Positions 1 to 9,271 of a stretch of DNA of 24,000 nucleotides are shown in pieces. The first letter of the stretch is position 1. Every line of letters begins with the position of its first letter. The DNA lies in the NCBI RefSeq assembly GCF_900106595.1, contig NZ_FNNC01000004.1:124305-148304 (forward strand). Direction: 5' to 3'. Under the pieces are notes generated by a model. It was not told the DNA's origin and searched no databases. It worked only from the letters and a program-made list of their open reading frames with translations. Origin of the DNA: Marinococcus luteus. Its GTDB lineage: Bacteria; Bacillota; Bacilli; Bacillales; Marinococcaceae. Made by a program: the position numbers and the translations under genes.

Positions 1-1188
1 CCTGTTTTTTCCGCGGACGATCAGCTTGGCTACCATTGAATCATAGTAGGGAGAAATTTTGAATCCTGTATACATTGCACTGTCCACCCGTACGCCGAGT
101 CCTCCCGGAGGCAGATAAAGTTCAAGTTTCCCCGGAGAAGGCCTGAAATTTTTTGCCGGACTTTCTGCATTGATTCTGCATTCCATCGCCCATCCTTCAA
201 TTTCAATCTCCTCCTGCTTTACCTGCAGTTCATGGCCGGCAGCTGCGTAAATTTGTTCTTTGATTAAATCAACACCAGTCACTTCTTCTGTCACGGGGTG
301 CTCAACTTGAATTCTCGTATTCATCTCCATAAAATAAAACTTTTTATGGGCATCCAAAAGGAATTCCACTGTACCTGCCCCGCAGTAATCAACTGCTTTT
401 GCGGCCTGAACGGCCGCCTCCCCCATCGCCTTTCTCGTCTCTTCATCGAGAGCCGGTGACGGGGCCTCTTCCACAAGCTTTTGGTGGCGCCTTTGGATCG
501 AACAGTCTCTTTCCCCTAAATGGATAACGTTTCCATGACTGTCTGCCATAACCTGAATTTCAATATGCCTTGGCTCCACGACCAGCTTTTCCATATAAAC
601 TCCGGCGTCTCCAAAGGAGCTCTCAGCTTCCTGGCGGGCCATCTGGATGCATTTCTGCAGGTCTTCAGCGGTGTGAGCTGCCCGCATTCCTTTTCCGCCC
701 CCGCCGGCAGTAGCCTTGATCATCACAGGGTAACCGATATCTTCTGCGAGTGCATGAACGTCCGTATTTTCATCAAGCAATCCATTGCTTCCCGGCACAA
801 CCGGCACCCCTGCATCTCTCATCGTTTCTCTTGCCACGTCCTTCGTTCCCATCCGGCGGATAGCTTCCGGTGAAGGACCGATAAACGTAATGTCGTGATC
901 AGCACAGATCTCGGCAAATTCAGCGTTTTCTGCTAAAAAACCGTATCCTGGGTGGATCGCCTCAGCTCCTGTTTTTAAAGCAGTGGAAATTAAATTAGTC
1001 ATCTTTAAGTAGCTCTCTGAGGAAGCGTACGGTCCCACACAGTAAGCTTCGTCTGCCATGTGAACATGCAGGGCGTCTTTATCTGCTTCTGAATATACGG
1101 CTACAGTTTCAATCCCAAGTTCCCGGCAGGCTCTTATAATGCGAACTGCGATCTCGCCGCGGTTGGCTATTAATATTCGTTTAAACAT
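1..1188 (-). CDS. accC: Biotin carboxylase subunit of acetyl-CoA carboxylase (or paralog), C-terminus beyond left edge
   Basis: Translated from the minus strand by hand: [53 protein letters not shown]...[12 protein letters not shown]...[18 protein letters not shown]. These are the biotin carboxylase N-terminal and ATP-grasp motifs. No stop before position 1, so it is missing from the ORF track. Confidence 0.95.
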   Translation of the reverse strand, partial: MFKRILIANRGEIAVRIIRACRELGIETVAVYSEADKDALHVHMADEAYCVGPYASSESYLKMTNLISTALKTGAEAIHPGYGFLAENAEFAEICADHDITFIGPSPEAIRRMGTKDVARETMRDAGVPVVPGSNGLLDENTDVHALAEDIGYPVMIKATAGGGGKGMRAAHTAEDLQKCIQMARQEAESSFGDAGVYMEKLVVEPRHIEIQVMADSHGNVIHLGERDCSIQRRHQKLVEEAPSPALDEETRKAMGEAAVQAAKAVDYCGAGTVEFLLDAHKKFYFMEMNTRIQVEHPVTEEVTGVDLIKEQIYAAAGHELQVKQEEIEIEGWAMECRINAESPAKNFRPSPGKLELYLPPGGLGVRVDSAMYTGFKISPYYDSMVAKLIVRGKNR

Positions 1189-1389
1189 ACTTCGTGCCTC
1201 TCTTTCTGTAAACAACCAGCGGCTGCTCTCCGGCCCCGCTGACGATCTATCTCGAAAACCCTTGATATGTAAGGATTTTTCATAATTATACTACCCTTCA
1301 TTTTATTCCTTTTGTCAATTCTTCTCAACAATTTTTTTAAAACTTTTCTTTTCTTTCCGTTAAGCATACATAATTCCCGTCGTTTTGTC

Positions 1390-1401
1390 TGGTATAATGT
1401 A
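1390..1401 (+). promoter_or_regulatory. Extended -10 promoter (TGGTATAAT) for the amidinotransferase-like gene
   Basis: TGGTATAAT about 30 nt upstream of the CDS; no clear -35. Confidence 0.55.
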
Positions 1402-1429
1402 TGTTTAAAGAGAAAAGGGGCGGGTTCTT

Positions 1430-2287
1430 TTGACCAACACTATAACTGCGTATGTTGAAGATGAATATTCTGTTTTAGCGGACGTTATCATGTGCGAACC
1501 CAGGCATATGGCTATTAAAGAAGTAATAAATGAAATGCAGAAGCAGCACGCTTCCGCCAATATTGATATAGAAAAAGCAGTATTTCAGCATAAACAGCTC
1601 ACGGCTGTCATTCAGGAATTCGGGGCTGCTGTGCATTTTCTTCCCGCTTCCGCTTCTCTCCCCGAGCAGGTCTTCACCCGCGACATTGGGTTTGTGATTG
1701 ATGATCAATTGATTTTATCAAATATGGGTACTTCTATTCGTTCGGCAGAAACCATGGCGTTAGCAGACTGGTATGAACAGCGTTACGGGCCGTGCAGCCA
1801 TTTAAAAAGCGGTACCATCGAAGGCGGGGACGTTATGCTTTCGGAGAAGCTTCTTTTTATCGGCCAGAGCTCCCGGACCTCTAAAGAAGGCCTCGACGAA
1901 CTTCAGAGGGCCTGCCCTAATAAGCAGATTATACCGGTACATTTCGATAACCGTCATCTGCATCTGGACTGTATTTTTAATATTTTGGACAGCTCTACTG
2001 CTATTGCCTATGAACCGGCCTTTGAAACAGAGAGCCTGGAAACAGTCAAACAGTTTTTTAATATTATTTCCGTGCCGGAAGAGGAACAGAGCCGGCTGGG
2101 CACAAATGTATTCTCCCTGGGCCGCCGCCATGTTATATCGCTCCCGGAAAATACGCATGTTAACAAGCAATTAAGGGAATACGGATTCATAGTTCATGAA
2201 GTGCCCTACGATGAAATTATAAAATCCGGGGGCTCCTTCAGGTGCACTACTCTCCCTTTGCGGCGGGAGAGAAAAAATCATCAATAA
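1430..2287 (+). CDS. Amidinotransferase / dimethylarginine dimethylaminohydrolase-like protein (arginine deiminase superfamily)
   Basis: 285 aa; MCEPRHM, FTRDIGFVI, GTIEGGDVM, HLHLDCIFN and C-terminal GGSFRCTTLPLRR with the likely catalytic Cys. Probable TTG start. Confidence 0.85.
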   Translation: MTNTITAYVEDEYSVLADVIMCEPRHMAIKEVINEMQKQHASANIDIEKAVFQHKQLTAVIQEFGAAVHFLPASASLPEQVFTRDIGFVIDDQLILSNMGTSIRSAETMALADWYEQRYGPCSHLKSGTIEGGDVMLSEKLLFIGQSSRTSKEGLDELQRACPNKQIIPVHFDNRHLHLDCIFNILDSSTAIAYEPAFETESLETVKQFFNIISVPEEEQSRLGTNVFSLGRRHVISLPENTHVNKQLREYGFIVHEVPYDEIIKSGGSFRCTTLPLRRERKNHQ

Positions 2288-2305
2288 AGAAAGGAATGTG
2301 GAACA

Positions 2306-2596
2306 ATGATCATGTCTGCAGAAGAAATTCAAAACGAACTGAAAAACCTGCCAAACTGGGATAACAATGAAGACAGGGCCATTGTACGAGAATATAAATT
2401 TTCTAATTACCTGGATGGTATTGAGTTTGTTAAAGAGGTGGCAGCTCATGCAGAAAATGTGCAGCACCATCCTAAAATCACCATTGATCACACTCAGGTT
2501 ACTATTTCATTCACCACTGTAGATCAGGGCGGCGTTACCGAAAAAGACTTTAACGCTGCAAAAGAAGTGGAACGACTGGCTGAAGACGTCCAGTAA
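2306..2596 (+). CDS. phhB: 4a-hydroxytetrahydrobiopterin dehydratase (pterin-4-alpha-carbinolamine dehydratase)
   Basis: 96 aa; LPNWDNNEDRAIVREYKFSNYLDGIEFVKEVAAHAENVQHHPKITIDHTQVTISFTT matches the PCD fold signature. Confidence 0.9.
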   Translation: MIMSAEEIQNELKNLPNWDNNEDRAIVREYKFSNYLDGIEFVKEVAAHAENVQHHPKITIDHTQVTISFTTVDQGGVTEKDFNAAKEVERLAEDVQ

Positions 2597-2687
2597 CTCA
2601 CGGATTTCTTTTTTTAATAATTTGTATAAAGACAGCTGTCGGGTAAAAAACCCTGTCAGCTGTCCTGTTTCCTAAGACCATTGAACA

Positions 2688-2722
2688 GAGCAGCTGCGCC
2701 TTAGGCAGCTGCTCCTCTTTTA
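2688..2722. terminator. Rho-independent terminator, possibly bidirectional
   Basis: Perfect 10-bp stem GAGCAGCTGC / GCAGCTGCTC, 7-nt loop, followed by CTCTTTTATTT, between convergent genes. Confidence 0.75.
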
Positions 2723-2723
2723 T

Positions 2724-3167
2724 TTAATAGGAATGTCTTTTTTCCACTGTTCCATCTTTTTTGTAAATAATGGCTTCTGTCCCTTTCTTTTCTGCCACTT
2801 CTTTTGCACGTTCGACAGCCTCTGATTTGCTGTCATAGACAACATCCGGTTTTTTCGCACTTTTTGCCCGTACAGCCCATCCATCTTCATGAGCTTCTAC
2901 CAGCTCTGCTTTTTCCATCAGTTCCGGATCTGAACTGCTTTTTCCGCCATCACGGGATTTAGGATCTTCCTCCTCCATGAATTCGTTCACTTCTTGTTTA
3001 GAAGCATTGCTGTACCATTCTTTTGCCTGTTCAGTCGCGATTGGAATTGCACGGCCTTCATCGTATCCGTCGTCAAGCATCGAATTGGCTATATCAATCG
3101 CTTTCTTCTTCACCGGTCTGTCTAAGTTCTTTAGAGATGAAGGATAGTCATTCATTGTCCAGGGCAT
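2724..3167 (-). CDS. DUF2188 domain-containing protein, YdaT-like
   Basis: Start placed at MPWTMNDYPSSLKNLDRPVKKKAIDIANSMLDDGYDEGRAIPIATEQAKEW after an AGGAGG RBS; C-terminal GWAVRAKSAKKPDVVYDSKSEAVERAKEVAEKKGTEAIIYKKDGTVEKRHSY is DUF2188-like. Confidence 0.85.
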   Translation of the reverse strand: MPWTMNDYPSSLKNLDRPVKKKAIDIANSMLDDGYDEGRAIPIATEQAKEWYSNASKQEVNEFMEEEDPKSRDGGKSSSDPELMEKAELVEAHEDGWAVRAKSAKKPDVVYDSKSEAVERAKEVAEKKGTEAIIYKKDGTVEKRHSY

Positions 3168-3303
3168 GTTTTTTTCCTCCTCGTTATTTTTGTTATCTTT
3201 CTCTTCCCATATTATATACATACAAAAACAGGATTTTCTTCAGAACCCATCCCTTCAATTTCCCCGAATCCTGATTTCTTTCCGGAAATTTATAAGAGAA
3301 TCT

Positions 3304-3329
3304 GTTTAGGCCTCCAAAAAGCAGGGTAC
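3304..3329 (+). promoter_or_regulatory. Candidate sigma-B promoter (GTTTAG-N14-GGGTAC)
   Basis: Close to consensus GTTTAA-N12..14-GGGTAT, about 115 nt upstream of the DUF948 gene. Confidence 0.6.
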
Positions 3330-3445
3330 GAGAGAGTTAGACACTATTATATGGTCCGCACGCCCTGGTGCTCTGCCATGAATCATGGTACCATTTATTA
3401 GGCTGTAGGATTAATCGCATTTATTGCAAGGAGGAATGGTGAATC

Positions 3446-3901
3446 ATGGATATGATCGGTGGCATAGCTCTACTAATCATCGCGGTAGCTTTTGCAGTAT
3501 TAGTTATTTTCTTAGCACGCGTCTTAAGCAACCTCACTAAAACATTGAATGGGGTGAATGAAACAGTAGACAAACTGCCGGAACAACTTGATCAGGTGAT
3601 GAATCAATCGGAGCTGATTTTACATAACAGCAACGAAACGATTCTGGATGTAAATGAAAAGCTCCACTCGTTGAGTCCGCTGTTTTACATTGTTGGTGAT
3701 GCCGGAGAAGCTTCCAGAAAGCTCACTTCAAGCCTTGTGGATATGACAGCAGGCATGAAAAGGAGTTCCACCGAAGGCAAAGGCAAAGTGAATGAGCAGG
3801 CTCTTGGCGGCCTTTACGGCAGCCTTGCTTTAGGATACTATATGTACCAGAAGCGCCAGGCCATTAAGGACTGGAAAGAGGAGAATACAGGAAATGCATA
3901 A
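3446..3901 (+). CDS. DUF948 domain-containing protein, YtxG-like
   Basis: 151 aa; N-terminal TM segment then LSNLTKTLNGVNETVDKLPEQLDQVMNQSELILHNSNETILDVNEKLHSLSPLFYIVGD. Confidence 0.8.
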   Translation: MDMIGGIALLIIAVAFAVLVIFLARVLSNLTKTLNGVNETVDKLPEQLDQVMNQSELILHNSNETILDVNEKLHSLSPLFYIVGDAGEASRKLTSSLVDMTAGMKRSSTEGKGKVNEQALGGLYGSLALGYYMYQKRQAIKDWKEENTGNA

Positions 3902-4202
3902 AAAAAGCCTCTGGTCGGGAGTTGCTGCTGGGTATGCTATATCAGTGCTTACCAGTCTGCTCACTGCTCCGAAGAGCGGGAAAGAATACCGCCGCAAAGT
4001 ATCTTCCGGAGCAGAAAGTGTTCAGCAGACGCCTGCGCGGGTGAAAGGGAAAGCAAAAGCCCGTTCCGACAAGCTGTATGAATCCGGAAAGGTCCGGTAT
4101 GAACTGCTTCACGGCAAACTCGATAATATCCGTCTGGAAGCCCGTATCAAAGGTGCAGCAAGTATGCAGCATCAATCAATGCAAAAACCAGCTGATGAAT
4201 AA
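3894..4202 (+). CDS. YtxH domain-containing protein
   Basis: 102 aa; overlaps the upstream gene; SGVAAGYAISVLTSLLTAPKSGKEYRRKVSSGAESV resembles the YtxH signature (TAPKSGKE.R). Confidence 0.8.
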   Translation: MHKKSLWSGVAAGYAISVLTSLLTAPKSGKEYRRKVSSGAESVQQTPARVKGKAKARSDKLYESGKVRYELLHGKLDNIRLEARIKGAASMQHQSMQKPADE

Positions 4203-4223
4203 AATCAGCTGGTTTTTCTTTTA
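4185..4223. terminator. Bidirectional rho-independent terminator
   Basis: Perfect 12-bp arms AAACCAGCTGAT / ATCAGCTGGTTT, followed by a T-rich run, between convergent CDSs. Confidence 0.85.
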
Positions 4224-5945
4224 TTTTTTTATTCGTTTCCATCCTTTTTTCAGCGGTGGCAGCGAAAGTTCTCCACGTTCAAAAACATTTTTAATAATAA
4301 ATTCGCTGTAATGCACCGCCTGCTGATAAGAAATCCGCCCCGGAAGCGGCGGCTGCATATCCACGACGCAATCAATAACTACCGGTCTGGTGGCAAGCAC
4401 TGCTTTTTGCAGCGCCTCATGCAGCTCAGTTTTAGTTCTGATCCTGTAGCCTTCACCGCCGCAAGCTTTGGCAAATGCCGCAAAATCAATACCGCTAATG
4501 TCTGTTTCCGTGTCCAGATGGCCCATCTGCTGCTGCTCGTATTCAATCATTCCAATCTTTTCGTTATTAAATACGACACAAATCATCGGAAGCTGGTACT
4601 TTACAGCAGTGGCAAAATCCTGCATCCCCATAGCAAAACCACCATCCCCCGCAAGCATGACCGCCTGCTTTTCAGGCCAGGCCGCTTTTGCGGCAATCGC
4701 GCCAGGCAGGCCGCATCCCATCGTAGCCATCCACCCGGAGATTACAAACTCCTGTTTTTTCAGCTTTAAATAACGCGTAGCCCATACGGTGACATTTCCA
4801 ACATCGACAGACACTACGGCGTCTTCCTCCAAAAACTGCTGCACTTCATGAATCACCTGCGGAGGCTGCAGCCTGTCTGTCTCTTCTGTCATATCTTTTT
4901 CGAGTTCGTTCCACCAATCTTTTCTTTTTTCTTTATATTTCTGCATAAAGGCAGAAGGCTCCCGGCGTTCGAGATTTTCTGTATACCACTGAAGCACAGT
5001 CCCGAGTTCAGAGACTAAACCTACCGTTACAGGATAGTATTTCCCTATCACTCTGGGGTCAACATCAATTTGAATTGCCTTGGTGTTTTTCGGCATAAAA
5101 TCACGGTAAGGAAAAGAGGTGCCTGCAAGTATTAACAAATCGGCTTCCTGCACTGCTTCGTATGACGGTGTTGTGCCAATCTGGCCGTTCTGTCCCAGGC
5201 TGTGCTCATGCTCATCCGGAACGACACCCTTTGCAAGCAGCGTAGATACTAATGGTGCCTGAATATGTTCAGCAAATGCCAGCAGTTCATCAGTGCTGTA
5301 CCTGGCCCCTTTCCCCGCCAGAATCACCGGCTTCTGCGCCCCGTGCAGCAGCCTGGCAGCCTCCACCATATCTTCCTTCTCCGGGCGGACCTTCGGCCTC
5401 GCAAACACGCCGGAAGATATCGGGGCTTCACGTTTGATTTCCGCAGCCGAAATATCATCCGGGATAACGAGTACAGAGACTCCTTTTTCTGTGTAGGCAG
5501 TACGTATCGCCTGATGCAGCATGTCCGGGAGCTGTTCGGCACTCTGGACGCGTTCATTAAATACACTGACGTCAGCAAACATCTGATTCAGCTGGATTTC
5601 CTGAAAATTATCTGTGCCGAGGATCGTCGTGTCCACCTGTCCGACCAGAGCAAGTACCGGCACTTTATCTCTTTTCGCATCATACAGGCCGTTTAATAAG
5701 TGAACCCCTCCAGGCCCGGCAATCGAAGAACAAACGCCCAGTCTCCCCGTCAGCTTCGCATAAGCGGCAGCAGCAAGGGCCCCTGTCTCTTCATGACGAA
5801 TCTGGATATATTCCAGACCGTCTTCATCTTTTCGCAATTCTTCCATCAATTCATTGATGGAATCCCCCGGCATGCCATACAGATGGCTTACGCCCCATTC
5901 CTTAAGTATTTCCACTACTTTATTTCCCGCTGTTTGATTCCCCAT
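4221..5945 (-). CDS. Thiamine pyrophosphate-dependent pyruvate oxidase-like enzyme (YdaP-like)
   Basis: MGNQTAGNKVVEILKEWGVSHLYGMPGDSINELMEEL, RHEETGALAAAAYAKLTGRLGVC, GDGGFAMGMQDFATAVKYQLPMICVVFNN (TPP motif). Start placed after GGAGGGACGGGCACG. Confidence 0.9.
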   Translation of the reverse strand: MGNQTAGNKVVEILKEWGVSHLYGMPGDSINELMEELRKDEDGLEYIQIRHEETGALAAAAYAKLTGRLGVCSSIAGPGGVHLLNGLYDAKRDKVPVLALVGQVDTTILGTDNFQEIQLNQMFADVSVFNERVQSAEQLPDMLHQAIRTAYTEKGVSVLVIPDDISAAEIKREAPISSGVFARPKVRPEKEDMVEAARLLHGAQKPVILAGKGARYSTDELLAFAEHIQAPLVSTLLAKGVVPDEHEHSLGQNGQIGTTPSYEAVQEADLLILAGTSFPYRDFMPKNTKAIQIDVDPRVIGKYYPVTVGLVSELGTVLQWYTENLERREPSAFMQKYKEKRKDWWNELEKDMTEETDRLQPPQVIHEVQQFLEEDAVVSVDVGNVTVWATRYLKLKKQEFVISGWMATMGCGLPGAIAAKAAWPEKQAVMLAGDGGFAMGMQDFATAVKYQLPMICVVFNNEKIGMIEYEQQQMGHLDTETDISGIDFAAFAKACGGEGYRIRTKTELHEALQKAVLATRPVVIDCVVDMQPPLPGRISYQQAVHYSEFIIKNVFERGELSLPPLKKGWKRIKK

Positions 5946-5993
5946 CGTGCCCGTCCCTCCCGTTTTCACAAATTTTCACAATTTCTTAGTTCT

Positions 5994-6020
5994 CTACCCC
6001 TCTTCTTATTTACTTCAAAC
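5994..6020 (-). promoter_or_regulatory. Possible sigma-B promoter (GTTTGA-N15-GGGTAG) for the pyruvate oxidase-like gene
   Basis: Minus strand GGTTTGAAGTAAATAAGAAGAGGGGTAG; spacer one nt longer than ideal. Confidence 0.4.
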
Positions 6021-6049
6021 CTTTGGCCCTCTTGTCCCTTTTCCCCTAT

Positions 6050-6079
6050 AGAAAAAGCCTCTCCCTATCGGGAAAGGCT
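6050..6079 (-). terminator. Rho-independent terminator of the que operon
   Basis: Minus strand AGCCTTTCCC-GATA-GGGAGAGGCT followed by TTTTTC; overlaps the end of queF. Confidence 0.8.
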
Positions 6080-6570
6080 TAGCGGTTGTCTATCGGCTCA
6101 GGATACAAATCATGCTGAAACAGCCGGTTTTCTGCTAACTGCTCGTATTTGCTTCCGGCTCTTCCGTAGTTTACGAATGGATCAATCGAAATACCGCCGC
6201 GCGGGGTAAATTTACCCCATATCTCCAGATAACGGGGGTCCATCAACTCTACCAGGTCGTTTACAATCGTATTGATCGAATCTTCATGAAAACCTCCGTG
6301 ATTTCGGAAGCTGAACAAATACAATTTCAGCGCTTTGCTTTCCACCATTTTTTCGTCCGGGATGTAGCTGATATACAGCGTGCCAAAATCCGGCTGCCCT
6401 GTTTTCGGACAGAGGGTCGTAAACTCCGGACAGTTAAATTTCACGAAGTAATCCCGGTATGGGTGGGTGTTTTCAAATACTTCAAGCAGAGAAGGATCAT
6501 ATTCAAATGTATACGCCGTTTTCTCGCTTCCCAGCTGATCTAATTGTTCAATATCTTCTCTTTCCGGCAT
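6079..6570 (-). CDS. queF: NADPH-dependent preQ0 reductase (7-cyano-7-deazaguanine reductase)
   Basis: 163 aa; [58 protein letters not shown] is diagnostic. Confidence 0.97.
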   Translation of the reverse strand: MPEREDIEQLDQLGSEKTAYTFEYDPSLLEVFENTHPYRDYFVKFNCPEFTTLCPKTGQPDFGTLYISYIPDEKMVESKALKLYLFSFRNHGGFHEDSINTIVNDLVELMDPRYLEIWGKFTPRGGISIDPFVNYGRAGSKYEQLAENRLFQHDLYPEPIDNR

Positions 6571-6583
6571 GTCTTTTTCCTCC

Positions 6584-7303
6584 TTATACCCCTTGTTTGT
6601 TCCCCCAGAGAAGCGTGTGCAGCTGCGGCAGAACCCGCACCCCGTTTAAACGCTCTTCCTGCAGGACTTTTTCTGTAAGCCATTCGTATTTTGCAAGCAG
6701 ATGATCTCTCAGTTTCTCTACCTGCGGCGTTACGGTATCGTCATTTCCCACCTGCAGGTACATTGTTACGGCAGGATAACGCTCATGTACTTCCATCGCG
6801 TAATTCAGATCGCTTTCATCAAAAACGACTACCTTCAGACTGACTTCTTTTTCTTTGCGCGGACGCAGTTCTTCCATATAATAATCCAGCCTGGACCAAT
6901 CCGTTTTCATCAGCGAACTCGGCGGCTTCGGGGAAACTGTTACCTCATCGATTTCCTTCACCCAGTCATTCCAGATCGAGCCCTGCGTCTCAATCGCTGT
7001 TTCGATACCCTGCTCCTGCAAAAGCGCTACAAGTTCTCCAAGACCGGGATGCATAGCCGGGTTGCCTCCGGAAATCGTGACATGGTTAAAGCTTCTGCCC
7101 CCGGCTTCTTTTAATTTTTCATAAATAGCTTCCGCACTCATCGCTACAGCTTTTTGTGATCCATCCCATGTAAAGGCGGAATCACACCAGGAGCACCGGT
7201 AGTCACAGCCGCCGGTGCGTACAAACATTGTTTTCCGCCCAATAACCATGCCTTCGCCCTGGATGGTCGGACCGAATATTTCCAGTACAGGTGTTGGTTT
7301 CAT
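6584..7303 (-). CDS. queE: 7-carboxy-7-deazaguanine synthase (radical SAM)
   Basis: 239 aa; [42 protein letters not shown] contains the CxxxCxxC radical SAM motif. Confidence 0.97.
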   Translation of the reverse strand: MKPTPVLEIFGPTIQGEGMVIGRKTMFVRTGGCDYRCSWCDSAFTWDGSQKAVAMSAEAIYEKLKEAGGRSFNHVTISGGNPAMHPGLGELVALLQEQGIETAIETQGSIWNDWVKEIDEVTVSPKPPSSLMKTDWSRLDYYMEELRPRKEKEVSLKVVVFDESDLNYAMEVHERYPAVTMYLQVGNDDTVTPQVEKLRDHLLAKYEWLTEKVLQEERLNGVRVLPQLHTLLWGNKQGV

Positions 7304-7744
7304 TTAGGCAAAGTCCCCCTCTTTGGGCCGGAACACCGCATAGCTTGTCGGAGTCTCCCTGACGAGTACCTGCAGGCATTTAGGTTTATTCGACGTTTCA
7401 TCGAGCTTCTGCTGCACTGTTTTCCAGATCACCTGTGCGACTACTTCCGTCGTCGGATAAGCAGCCTCGGTTTCTTCACTGGCAAACTCCGGATGATCAT
7501 TCAGCAGAGTGTGGTCATAGCGTTTATGGATCCACTTTTTCAAAACGGTAAAATCAATTAAAAACCCGTTCCGGTTCAATTCATCGCCAACAACTGTGAC
7601 GTTGATTGTATAGGTGTGTCCATGAACCCGGCGGCACTTTCCCGCATCTTCCGAAGGAATATAGTGTGCCGCACTTAAATGCATATCCTTGTTTAATTCG
7701 TACCGGTAGTTGTGCGGCCACTGTGGATAATACGAATAAATCAT
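7304..7744 (-). CDS. queD: 6-carboxytetrahydropterin synthase
   Basis: 146 aa; LSAAHYI...[21 protein letters not shown]; operon context. Confidence 0.96.
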   Translation of the reverse strand: MIYSYYPQWPHNYRYELNKDMHLSAAHYIPSEDAGKCRRVHGHTYTINVTVVGDELNRNGFLIDFTVLKKWIHKRYDHTLLNDHPEFASEETEAAYPTTEVVAQVIWKTVQQKLDETSNKPKCLQVLVRETPTSYAVFRPKEGDFA

Positions 7745-8412
7745 AATTCTTTCCTTTCTTTTTGTTCCATATATTGCTCGTAGCCTGCACGGCGCAGTTT
7801 ACAGGCTGGGCATTCCCCGCAGCCGTCCCCCGGTATGCCGTGATAACAGGTGAGCGTTTCATCTTTCACATATTCAAGCCTTCCGAGTCGGTCGGCAAGC
7901 TCCCAGGTTTCTTTTTTATCGAGCCACATTAAAGGTGTATGCAGCACAAACTCTTTTCCAATAGCCAGATTTAGTGACACATTCAATGATTTCACAAATA
8001 CATCCCGGCAGTCCGGGTATCCGCTGTAATCCGTCTCACATACACCTGTCACTATGTGTTTTGCCTTTTTCTGTGAAGCAAGAATCGTGGCAAAGGAAAA
8101 GAACAACAGATTCCTCCCCTCTACAAACGTAGAAGGAAGCTCCCCGTCTTCTCCTGCCTCCACTTCAATATCATCGCGAGTCAGCGCGTTCGGTGCCAGC
8201 TGGCTTAAAAGCCCCATATCCAGCACATGATGCTCAATATTTATATCCTCAGCAATTCGTTTGGCTACTTCTATTTCTTCATCGTGCCGCTGTCCGTAAG
8301 AAAAAGTTACGGCAATAACCTCTTCAAATTGTTCCAGTGCCCAGAACAAACAAGTAGTACTGTCCTGGCCTCCACTAAAAACAACGACCGCTTTATCATT
8401 TTGAAAACCCAA
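7741..8412 (-). CDS. queC: 7-cyano-7-deazaguanine synthase
   Basis: 223 aa; [19 protein letters not shown] and C-terminal [29 protein letters not shown] start after GAAAGAAGGA. Confidence 0.97.
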   Translation of the reverse strand: MGFQNDKAVVVFSGGQDSTTCLFWALEQFEEVIAVTFSYGQRHDEEIEVAKRIAEDINIEHHVLDMGLLSQLAPNALTRDDIEVEAGEDGELPSTFVEGRNLLFFSFATILASQKKAKHIVTGVCETDYSGYPDCRDVFVKSLNVSLNLAIGKEFVLHTPLMWLDKKETWELADRLGRLEYVKDETLTCYHGIPGDGCGECPACKLRRAGYEQYMEQKERKEL

Positions 8413-8454
8413 TTGTTATTCCTTCTTTCCACCAAAACATTTCACAGCGCTCCC

Positions 8455-8463
8455 ATTATAACA
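8455..8463 (-). promoter_or_regulatory. Extended -10 promoter (TGTTATAAT) upstream of queC
   Basis: TGTTATAAT on the minus strand about 43 nt before the queC start. Confidence 0.6.
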
Positions 8464-8499
8464 TCTTTTTCCGCCTGTGCCTCTGCTCACGCTTACCTC

Positions 8500-8531
8500 G
8501 AAAAAACCCGTGAACAGTAAAGGTCACGAGT
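8500..8531 (-). terminator. Rho-independent terminator downstream of dcd
   Basis: Minus strand CTCGTGA-loop-TCACGGG followed by TTTTTT. Confidence 0.65.
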
Positions 8532-8579
8532 CTTTTGAATCGTTATTTTTCATTTCAACTATGTATGGGCCACGCAGTT

Positions 8580-9116
8580 TTATTCATTTTCTTGATCCAA
8601 AAAGGCGTGACTTCCCATGGCATTGCGCTGCCCCTGGTATTTGCCCGCATAAGGGACGCCGGCTTTTTGATCCATCTCCGCAAAAACGAGTTGTGCGAGC
8701 CGCCTTCCAGACGTTAAACGAATAGGCAGCCGGTTGGCGTTATAAAGCTCAAGCGTAATTTCTCCTTCAAATCCCGGGTCCACCCAGCCGGCATTTTGAA
8801 TAAAGAGACCCATTCGCCCGATAGAGCTTCTTCCTTCCACAAAGGCGGTAATATGCTGGGGGAGTCTGATGTATTCCTTTGTGGTCGCAAGCAGAAACGA
8901 ATGCGGGGGAATAATCACCTGATCGCTTTCAAATTCGACATACTTAGCGGGCCGGTCCAGTTGAATGGACTCGATAGCGTTCTCGTCGATTTTTAGAAAG
9001 TGAGTACCCAGACGGATGTCCACCGATGCCGGCTGGATCTGATGGTCCTCTAATGGATCGATACTAAGATCGCCCTGTTCCATCATTGAGCGGATTGTTT
9101 GGTCGGAAAGTATCAC
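8580..9116 (-). CDS. dcd: dCTP deaminase
   Basis: HQIQPASVDIRLG, VEGRSSIGRMGLFIQNAGWVDPGFEGEITLELYN, GRRLAQLVF. GTG start placed after AAGGAGGAAGAGCTG. Confidence 0.93.
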   Translation of the reverse strand: MILSDQTIRSMMEQGDLSIDPLEDHQIQPASVDIRLGTHFLKIDENAIESIQLDRPAKYVEFESDQVIIPPHSFLLATTKEYIRLPQHITAFVEGRSSIGRMGLFIQNAGWVDPGFEGEITLELYNANRLPIRLTSGRRLAQLVFAEMDQKAGVPYAGKYQGQRNAMGSHAFLDQENE

Positions 9117-9228
9117 CAGCTCTTCCTCCTTCGCGTTTCTTTTCTTTCCCAGTATAAAGAACAATAAGGAAAAACGCCAACACCGCGAAGACCGGAGATT
9201 ATTTTTACAGATTTATTATGACATGAAA

Positions 9229-9261
9229 AAGCACCCCTCAGGCGGAACCCAAGGGGTGCTT
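9229..9261 (-). terminator. Rho-independent terminator
   Basis: Perfect 10-bp stem AAGCACCCCT / AGGGGTGCTT followed by a T-run on the minus strand. Confidence 0.85.
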
Positions 9262-9271
9262 GTATAAACCT

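Noticed and set aside
520-873. 117-aa plus-strand ORF.
   Set aside because: Antisense to the truncated accC gene, which the ORF track omits because it has no stop within the window.
3229-3278. CAGGATT...AATCCTG inverted repeat upstream of the YdaT-like gene.
   Set aside because: Loop of about 30 nt and only 7-bp arms; not distinguishable from chance. A GTTTTT-N15-GGGAAG sigma-B-like box nearby was too degenerate to call.
5265-5696. 143-aa plus-strand ORF.
   Set aside because: Lies entirely antisense to the well-supported pyruvate oxidase-like CDS; its protein has no family features.
8413-8463. PreQ1 riboswitch upstream of queC, expected from B. subtilis.
   Set aside because: The leader after the TGTTATAAT promoter is only about 45 nt and lacks the preQ1-I core (no AAAAAACTAA-like tail or C-rich loop). 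No recognisable aptamer by eye; a covariance-model search would settle it.
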